Of a DNA stretch of 64,000 nucleotides, positions 55,404 through 64,000 are shown piece by piece; positions within the stretch are counted from its first letter, which is position 1; the number at the start of each line of letters is the position of its first letter. Source of the DNA: Eledone cirrhosa (taxonomy: Eukaryota); assembly GCA_964016885.1 (NCBI GenBank), contig OZ024741.1, forward strand, positions 96,472,001 through 96,536,000. The letters are read 5' to 3'. The position numbers and the translations under genes were made by a program. Below the pieces are notes generated by a model that was not told the origin of the DNA, ran no database searches, and saw nothing but the letters and a program-made list of their open reading frames with translations.

Positions 55404-56856
55404 TGTCTCTCACTCAGGCTGTATCTCTTGTCCTCTACTCCTAGGGTATATTTACAACATTGGTTTAATTTTATTCAAATAAACTACTGTTGTGCACGTG
55501 TTTGCGTGTATGTATTGTCTCTTTCTCTTCATCTCTCTCTCTCTCAATCTCCCTGAATCACATTCACTCTCACATACATTCTTTCTCATAACCTCTTTAT
55601 CCCTTACACACACACACATTCATTCTCTCTCTATGTATCACTTCCTCATTCTCTCAACCCCCTTCTCTCTCTTTCTTTATCTATCTCTCTACCTCTATTT
55701 CTCCCTGTAGCTGTGTGTGTACATCTGTGTTTTGCGTATGTCTGGTTGGCAAGCAGTCTATTAATGAAATGTGGCTGCTATTTCTACCAGGGTGAGTGAT
55801 TGGCCATGATGGTATTGTTCTTCTCTTGTTCTTGTTTAATTCTGGGTGAGCCATAATGAAGCAGGCCATGAAACAAAAGCATTGCAGTCGTCTACATTTC
55901 ATTATTTATATTTTGACGATATATCTAGAATCATAACTGCTAAATGTTCTTTCCCGAGTATGATGTGGAAGGTATTTGCTCAATCAGTTCAATCCAAACA
56001 TTTCGGAAAAAAACCATCACTGGCGTACGGCCTTCACACCTACATAGTCTGCACTCAGGAAGTATGCTGATGTTGCACGTACTTCCTCTAGAAAGAGACA
56101 GTGTGTACATGCAATACTGACTCTAGCAGCTGAAAAACAATCTGCACTTCCCAAATAACGTGCAGCTCATCTCCAATGTGAAGGTTTCATCGGTGATGTT
56201 TATATCAGAAGCTAAATATATGGTCCGATGGAAACATTAGATATATAAACTACATGAAGCACTTCAATTTTGTCCAGCCTGAACTTTCATACATGTAACT
56301 GAAAAGGGATCCATAAAGAGAACCTTAAACAGAACTGGCATGATGGTCGTGCTACACAGGACATGCGCATAAAACGTAAGCACTTTTGCTTCAGTTAGAA
56401 AGGCTAACAGACAGAAAGATACAATGTGTAGAGATATAAAAATAATATAAGACGAAAAACGTAGATCTTAAACCGCTAAAATACACAATTTAAATGCAAT
56501 AAATAATCTCATTTGAAGTCGCCACTGCTTCAAATTGGTAATGAACTCAACGACTCTTAAGAAAAGGATAGTGTGGAAAGAGAAGCCATAGTTATCGAAA
56601 ATATATAAATACTCTTTAAACCTTCTTTAAATTTGCAAAGGAATCTGCTTGATACGAAACAAGATCAGACAATTGCTGAAGGAAAATCGTTCACTGACTG
56701 CAAACACCGACAAGTTAAATAAAATACTTAGGGAGCTATACAAAATTCAGTTGACATCCACAATGCAATTCCTGCATTTGGGACGTCCAAAATTTCAATT
56801 TCAAATTTCAATCTGCTCCAATTCATAAAGTTTGTTTACAAACACGCGAGCAAACA

Positions 56857-57026
<170 letters not shown>

Positions 57027-58140
57027 AGCATACAATTCCGCTTAAACAATGCCATGATCTTATCAGACAGCTTCTTACATAATAAGGTTACGTTCCCGAG
57101 GCAATCCTAATTGAAACAACAAGAGAATGGACACAGATGATGTTCTAGAAGCCTTCGCCCGTTCCCTTGTGGGACCCAATTCACTTCCACTACATATGAG
57201 TCATAATTTGTTACTCTTTTATTCCACAAAATTTGGTGCACGTGCAATGAGTGAGGAAATTGCTAAAATCAGTATTCAAATATCTTTCGAAATGCAACAT
57301 GGTGTTTAAAATAAAGGAAATGTAAAGAAAGTGTCGTATTAAATAAGGTGGACATACACAAAGTTCGATAGTCGAGTTGTTCACAGATGGAATGCCTTTG
57401 ATCATCTATCTGCTGGATACGAGTTAAGCTGATCAAGAACAAGAGTAATTCTGCAATGGCACTACTCCTATGATTCTAAAATATATCAAATTCGGCCCAC
57501 AATTTACAACGAGACCCAAGAAGAAGATTTGAACTCTTGGCCCAGAATTAGTTAGTACCAATCCACTGAGACATTTTCCTTAAATCTCTGCTTCTGTATG
57601 TCTTGTTTCTCTTACATATACATTTGCATGTACATTTAAACACAAAGACATACACAAGAGATTTAAATCTATTTAATAACAATTGCTATAGAAGCCACTG
57701 TATTATCTTCATTACCCTCTATTTCTTGAATTATCTCATATGACAAATATATGTAATTTGTTTTATTTATTTTTGCTACCTTCATTCTAGGAATAAATAG
57801 TGATATATTAATAAAAATAAAAATATAAATATAATTTGAAAGAAAAATAACGAAAACAAGGAGAGTAAATCAATGAAATGCAAGAGAGAGAATATAATGC
57901 GGAAGACATTTTAATAAACACAAGAAAGCAAAGAAAAAATGGCAGAAGTATAAGAGTTTTTAAAAGAAATTTTTCGATTATCTTATTTTATTATATGTAA
58001 TGTTAGTTGCTTTGTGAAGAATCAATGTCATTTTCACGCTTCATTGCTTATCTGCCCTTTGACATTATTGTATTCATAAGAGGCATGTTATAAAGGACGT
58101 GTCGGTAACGGTGATGGGTAGAGAGAAAGAAGGAGAGAGA

Positions 58141-58211
<71 letters not shown>

Positions 58212-58600
58212 TGTGCGTGTGTGTGAGAGAGATACAGAGGGAAAGAGAGAGAATGAGAAATTGTGGTTGGGTGATTACGAATAAAATGTGAGAGACTAGA
58301 AACAATATGTAAACGAGAGAGAGAAAAGGAGAGAGGGAGAAAATGAGGGAACGAGAAAGAAAGAAGAGAGGTGGAGAAAGAGAGGGAGAGAGAGGAAGAG
58401 AGAGAGAAATTAGAAGGAAAAAGATTAGCGTAGTAAGGAGATAATAAATGAAAAGGACTAATAGAATTAAATACATAAACACACACATCAAGAATAGTAA
58501 CACGTACATATTTACAAACACACACACACACACACACACACTCACACACACACATATATATATATATAATACAGATACAGGGACACACACTCACACACAG

Positions 58601-58651
<51 letters not shown>

Positions 58652-58747
58652 ATACAGAGACAGCGACACACACACACATACATACACACACAAACATATA
58701 TATATATATATTTATATATATATATAATACAGAGACAGCGACACACT

Positions 58748-58791
<44 letters not shown>

Positions 58792-59409
58792 TCACAGACA
58801 GCGACATACACACACATATATATGCTTAAATCTAGGTGATATATGAACGATGATGAATATATTAAAGCATTACATGGGTATATTGCGGAAAAGTAGTTTG
58901 TGTAGAACAATAAGGAAGATAGAAACAAATCAATATGATAAAGGTAGGGAAGAATGTAAAAGAGAGAAAAGTAATAAAGATGAAGGAGAAACATTAAAGG
59001 AGAGAAAGAATGAAAGTGGTTTAAAGAGGATAATAAAGCAAATATCATAGAGTGTTTGAGAACTCTAAATCTTTGAATCAGAGTAAACAAGAAAACAGGA
59101 GGGTACCAAAGAATTTTATAGAGGAAAGAACTGAAACGAAATAAAGAAAAAACGTATGGAAGAGCTACAGAGCAAGAGAATATGACAGCTGGAAATATTC
59201 ATCTACAAAGTTTTAAGGAAGTGGTATATTACTGGTGCGAATTTGCCCCATTGAATAGAAAGTGATGAGAAGAAAGGAAAGCAGAACTGTTGATTAATAA
59301 AAAAAAAAAGAAACATCGTAATTTATGAATGCACAATCTGTAGTTGCCATGTTATAGGAATGTGGATGATGACAGCTGTTGAATGTGATGAGAGGTGTAG
59401 AAGGTGAGA

Positions 59410-59455
<46 letters not shown>

Positions 59456-59459
59456 GTTG

Positions 59460-62400
59460 TTGTTATTCCTTGAATCTCAGTCATTGATGTTGGTTAACTG
59501 GAAAGTCCGTTGGAATGAATATCAAGCCACTACCTGCAGCCTCAGATATTCAGGACGTATCGGAGGGTTCTTGCTGTTCCCAGCAAGCATGCCTTTTGAA
59601 GCGTTCCAAAAAGCGTGAAGGGGTCGATTTTCTTTAACCATCCCTGGAAACTTTTGGAGATAGTCCCCAGTGCGCCTATGACAATCGGGATCACTTTGAT
59701 TTCATGGCAGTTCCAAATCCTTTTCACCTCCCACTTTAGGTCCTGGTATCGGTTAAATTTCTCCCTCTCCTTCTCTTGCACTCTCGTGTCGAACGGGCAG
59801 GCCACATCCACAATCAGACACGATCTTTTTTCTTTGTCCACAACCACCAGGTCAGGTCTATTGTGTTCCAGTTTTTTGTCCGTCTGTATCCTAAAATCCC
59901 ACAGCACCTTCACCTGATTGTTCTCCATCACCGCCTCCGGCCTATGCTCATACCATTTCTCAGAATGTGGTAAATTGTTTACTTTACACAGGTGCCAGTG
60001 GATCACCCTGCCCATCACATCGTGTCTCCAGCCCTTATAGTGGGTCTGGGCTAGGTGTTTACACTCGGACACAATGTGAGCCACAGTCTCCTCTCTCTCT
60101 CCACAGATCCTGCACAGTGGGCTAGCCTCCTCCTTGTAAATATGGTGCTTCAACCACTTCGTTTTGAGGGCCTGCTCCTGCGCAGCCATTATCATTCCTT
60201 CTGTAGCCTTTTTGAGGTCTCCTCTTCTCAACCAGTTCCATGTCTGTGGATCTCTAAATTCAGTTTTCTCAAAGAAGGTACTATGAAGGGATTTTCCCTT
60301 AAGGCTGCTCTTCCTCCTTGATGTTATTTCCTCCTTGGACATCCCCTGGCCTACTGTCCCCTCCTTCAGTACAGTTTTGAGCATTGGCTCCTTACTATAG
60401 GTCACGTATTTGTATAGGTTGTTTGTTTTTCTCCATCTGAACACAGTCCTCTATGCTGATAAGACCTCTTCCACCCTCAGATCTCCTTAGGTAGAGTCTA
60501 TCGACATCACTCCTCTTGTGGAACATGTTGTAGATAGTCAATAGCTTCCTAGTCTTCCTATCCATTTCTTTTTGTTCAGCAACATTCCATCTCAGAATTC
60601 CCGCACTGTACCTAATAATAGACACAGCTCGGGAATTTACTGCGCTTATGGCATTTCTGCTGTTCAGATGTGACTTCAATATGCTCCTTACTCTCCGAAT
60701 GTATTCCGTTCTTAACAATTCCTTCATTTTTTTGTTCTTTATGCCATCAGCCTCCAGAACGCCCAAATACTTGTATCCTTCCTCAGAGTCAATTTCCTTT
60801 ATCATCTCACCTGTTGGCATCTGGATCCCGCTACTTCTGCTCAACCTACCCCTCCTCATCACAATGACTCCACATTTACCAATACCAAACTGCATACATA
60901 TATCACTGCTGAAAATACGGACAGTGTCAACAAGCACATCCAACTCCTTCTCACTTTTCCCGAAGAGCTTAAGATCGTCCATGAAGAGGAGGTGATTGAT
61001 GGTAAGCTCTCCCCTTCCCAACTTGTATCCTGCTCTCACTTTTCGCAGCATAATGGTCAAGGGCATTAGGGCAAGGACAAACAACAGAGGGGACAGGCTA
61101 TCTCCCTGGAAGATACCTCTCTTGATCTTCACGCTTCCCAAGGATACTCCAGTTGATGTCAACTCTGTCTCCCAGGACCCCATACTCCTGCCCAGCAACT
61201 GTCTGATGTTATCTGCCACCCTGAAGATCTCCAGGCTTTTGGTGATCCAAGAATGAGGCACCATGTCAAATGCCTTTCTGTAGTCTATCCATCCCATGGC
61301 AAGATCAGTGTGTCTCCTCCTGCAATTCCCCATTACCATCTTATCAATAAGTAACTGGTCCTTTGTACCACGTGACTTCTTTCGGCATCCTTTCTGTTCG
61401 TCCGGTAACAAGTTGTTTGTGTGGAGGTGATGGTAGATTTCCTCAGACACAATGCTCGTCAACAGTTTCCACATTACGGACAGACATGTGATAGGTCTAT
61501 AGTTGGTAACATCATTACCCTTGATTCGGTCTTTCATTATCAGAACTGTGGTACCTTTTGTCAACCACTCTGGCACCTCACCCGACACCAAGCAGTCATT
61601 GAACATGGCCGTCAGCTTCGGGTGGAGGGATGTTAAATGTTTAATCCAATACCCCTGCACACCATCTAGGCCTGGTGATTTCCAGTTGGTTAGTTTTTTG
61701 GCCTGCCCCTTAAGAGTTTCAACTGTGATACTCAAATCAGTTTGTTGTTGTGCCTGCTCACCGATCTCCCTCTGTACTGTCTCAATCCACCCTGCCTGGG
61801 CATTATGTCTAACATCCTGCTCCCATATTCCTCTCCAGAATGTTTTAGTTTGTTCCGCCCCAGGGATCAAGTCGTTGCCTCTTTCTTTCCCCTCAAGCTG
61901 TCCAAACAGCATCTTCTGGCTGTTGTCGAACATGCGGTTCTGTTTATACTGACTGATTCTGTTCTCGTATCGCCTGATTTTTGCACTCTTTGCTACAATG
62001 CGTTGCTTCAATTCCTCTATGATAATATTTAGCTTTTTACTCCTAGTTTTGTATTTTATTTCCAGTCTATTTTTAGTGCCTATGTTTTTTAGTGTCCCAT
62101 TCAGTAGTGACTCAAGCTTTCCTATGTCATTTCTCATTTCCCCGATTTGCCCACTCAGTCGCTTCTTCCACCACGGCTCTGCTCTTTCTTGTCTGTTGTT
62201 TCCTCTCGCTTTTATACCAAGTAGTTTCCTCACCGTATTTGCTGTTGCTTTGAGGATATTGTTGCACTGGTGAAGGCTCCTCGCCTCAAGGTATGGGATG
62301 ACTTTGTTTACCTTAGCTGTTGTTTCTTTTAACTTTTTCCTGTCTACAAATCTTAGGTTCATAGGTCTCCCACTATCATTGTTCAATTCATCTACCACTA

Positions 62401-63020
62401 AATTTAGGATGTCAACCGAATCTTGTCCTAGCCCGTCAGCATTCATCTCCTCAGTGGCCGTATCTCTGTTCCAGGTATTATTTATCTCAGTATTCAGATC
62501 ATTGTCTGCTTCGGGTGGTTCCTCCGTTCTCAGGACCTCTTCACCTTCATTTCCCACTGGCTCGCTTGTCTGGCATACTACACCCGCCATCTCCAAGCCA
62601 TTCTCTCTGCTCAGTTCCTCCAGTTCCAGCTCGCTTATCCACCCATTAGTTCTTATTACCCGAGCCTGCCCGGCCAATTTTTGTTCATCTAATTTAAATA
62701 AACCAATCTCGTTCCAGATGTTATGCATCCGTCTCCTGTAGCCCCTCTCCTTGGGGTTACTTTTCAGGTAGCATTGCATAACAGTTCTATTCAATTCTTT
62801 CGTCCAGTTGGTTCTGGCCCCTTTCCTTCTTCTTCTTCCTCCAACATCAGCAGTATTTGGTTGACAGTCAGGTTCCTGCTGCTGAGCCAGGGGGCACCTG
62901 TTGGGTGAGAGTCTGTCACATGACGTTCTAGTCTGTAATTTCACCGTTATTCGAACTGTTTATGTTCGATATTTAAACACTCTTATCGAGGATTGGCGAA
63001 TGTATGGTTACATAGCCATC
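59460..63020 (-). mobile_element. Full-length R4/Dong-type LINE, family B, inserted in (AAT)n
   Basis: (ATT)n at 59412-59455 and 63021-63061. Single-ORF architecture RT + CCHC + REL. Short 3'UTR. Confidence 0.93.
59542..62944 (-). pseudogene. R4/Dong ORF (RT, CCHC, PD-(D/E)xK REL endonuclease), split by one indel at ~60421-60430
   Basis: 849-aa and 300-aa overlapping ORFs: NYRPITCL, EQKGCRK, WIDYRKAFD, GIFQGDSLSPLLF, LFMDDLKL, YKYLG, CRIC..ETVAHIVSEC, RHD, RPDLVVVD..IVDVACP, KEREKFNRYQDL. Confidence 0.92.
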
Positions 63021-63061
<41 letters not shown>

Positions 63062-64000
63062 TGCATTTATCTTGCTTTATGTTTATACGAGTTATCACCA
63101 AGTCACAACCAGTGACCTCAAGAGACAACAAGGTCCGCCATGTTCAAGAAAGAACATACATATTCACACATGCATCCTTAGTGTTTAGACTTGTGATGTA
63201 CTTATATTGACAGGATCTTCCTTAGTATATGGGCAGTTCCCATTAGTACTATCTTTTGTATTTCTCCTATACGCGGGTTTCCTGGGATTTGCGATAAGTA
63301 GTCGTTAGACCCCTTAGGTATCATTCCCAGAGCGCCTACAACCACTGGTATTGTTTTAGTTCTCAATTTCCACATTTTTCCAATTTCTATCTCCAGGTCC
63401 TTATACTTGCTCAATTTTTCAAATGTTTTTATAGATACATTCTTGTCTATTGGAACAGACATATCAATTAGCAGGCATACCCTCCTTTGAAAGTCCTTCA
63501 ATATTATATCAGGTCTATTTGCATCTATTTTTCGGTCTGTTTGGATGCTAAAGTTCCACAAGATTGAGATGTGATCTTTTTCAAGTATGGGAGGTGGTTG
63601 ATGCGCCCACCAATTCTTTTGATGGGGCAGGTCAAAATGCTTACACATTATCCAATGTATGTATTGTGCAGCTCTGTCATGCCTGTTTAGGTATTCGGTT
63701 GGAGCTATAGGGCTGCACATTGAAATTATATGGTCAATGGTCTCTGGTTGTTTTTTGCATACACGGCATAATGGGCTGCACCCATTTTTTATTATGTTGG
63801 CTTGGTAATTTTTTGTTGGCAGACACTGATCTTGTGCCGATATAATCAGTCCTTCAGTCTCCGATTTCAGTCCAGAGGATGCCAACCACTGATGGGTTAA
63901 AGTTTTGTCAACATCAGGATTGTTAGCTCGCTCTGGGTATTTTCCATACAGAGGCTTTTCTTGCCATTTCTTAGCCAGTTTCTGTAGCAGTTCTTTCTTT
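63062..64000 (-). mobile_element. 3' portion of R4/Dong family A (intact REL C-terminus 63202-63885 + 3'UTR), continues off the window
   Basis: CRVC..HIISMC, RHD, RPDIILKD..LIDMSVP, KLSKYKDLEIE, GTAHILRKILSI*. Near-identical to 16230-16740. Ends in (AAT)n. Confidence 0.92.

Noticed and set aside
59615-62908. Plus-strand ORFs over the Dong element
   Set aside because: Antisense frames of the RT ORF.
62945-63020. Possible HDV-like ribozyme at the Dong 5' end (TCCTCG resembles L3)
   Set aside because: I could not build P1, P2 and P3 pairings around it; only a TCGAAC/GTTCGA hairpin is evident.

Overview
This is AT-rich eukaryotic (animal) DNA made up almost entirely of transposable elements and microsatellites. 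I found no supportable host gene. The repeat repertoire suggests an octopod cephalopod (inference, not confirmed). Retroelements: a 5'-complete Tx1/L1-type LINE (1-4964, minus, runs off the window) and a truncated second Tx1 copy; an RTE LINE with an internal inversion matching the twin-priming pattern; four R4/Dong-type REL-endonuclease LINE copies from two families, one full length with a single indel; a CRE-clade fragment; a decayed Penelope-like element (RT + GIY-YIG) with a hammerhead ribozyme; and more than 15 tRNA-derived SINE copies. There are also pogo- and mariner-type MITEs. Most interesting: (i) the SINE 3' end matches the Tx1 3' end (CCTTGTG-N8-AGAAATC-(ATT)n), nominating Tx1 as its partner LINE; (ii) (TA)n-embedded, often palindromic elements carry canonical and non-canonical hammerhead-like motifs; (iii) elements sort by microsatellite target, (AAT)n versus (TA)n. 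Most short ORFs in the track are artefacts of simple repeats or antisense frames.
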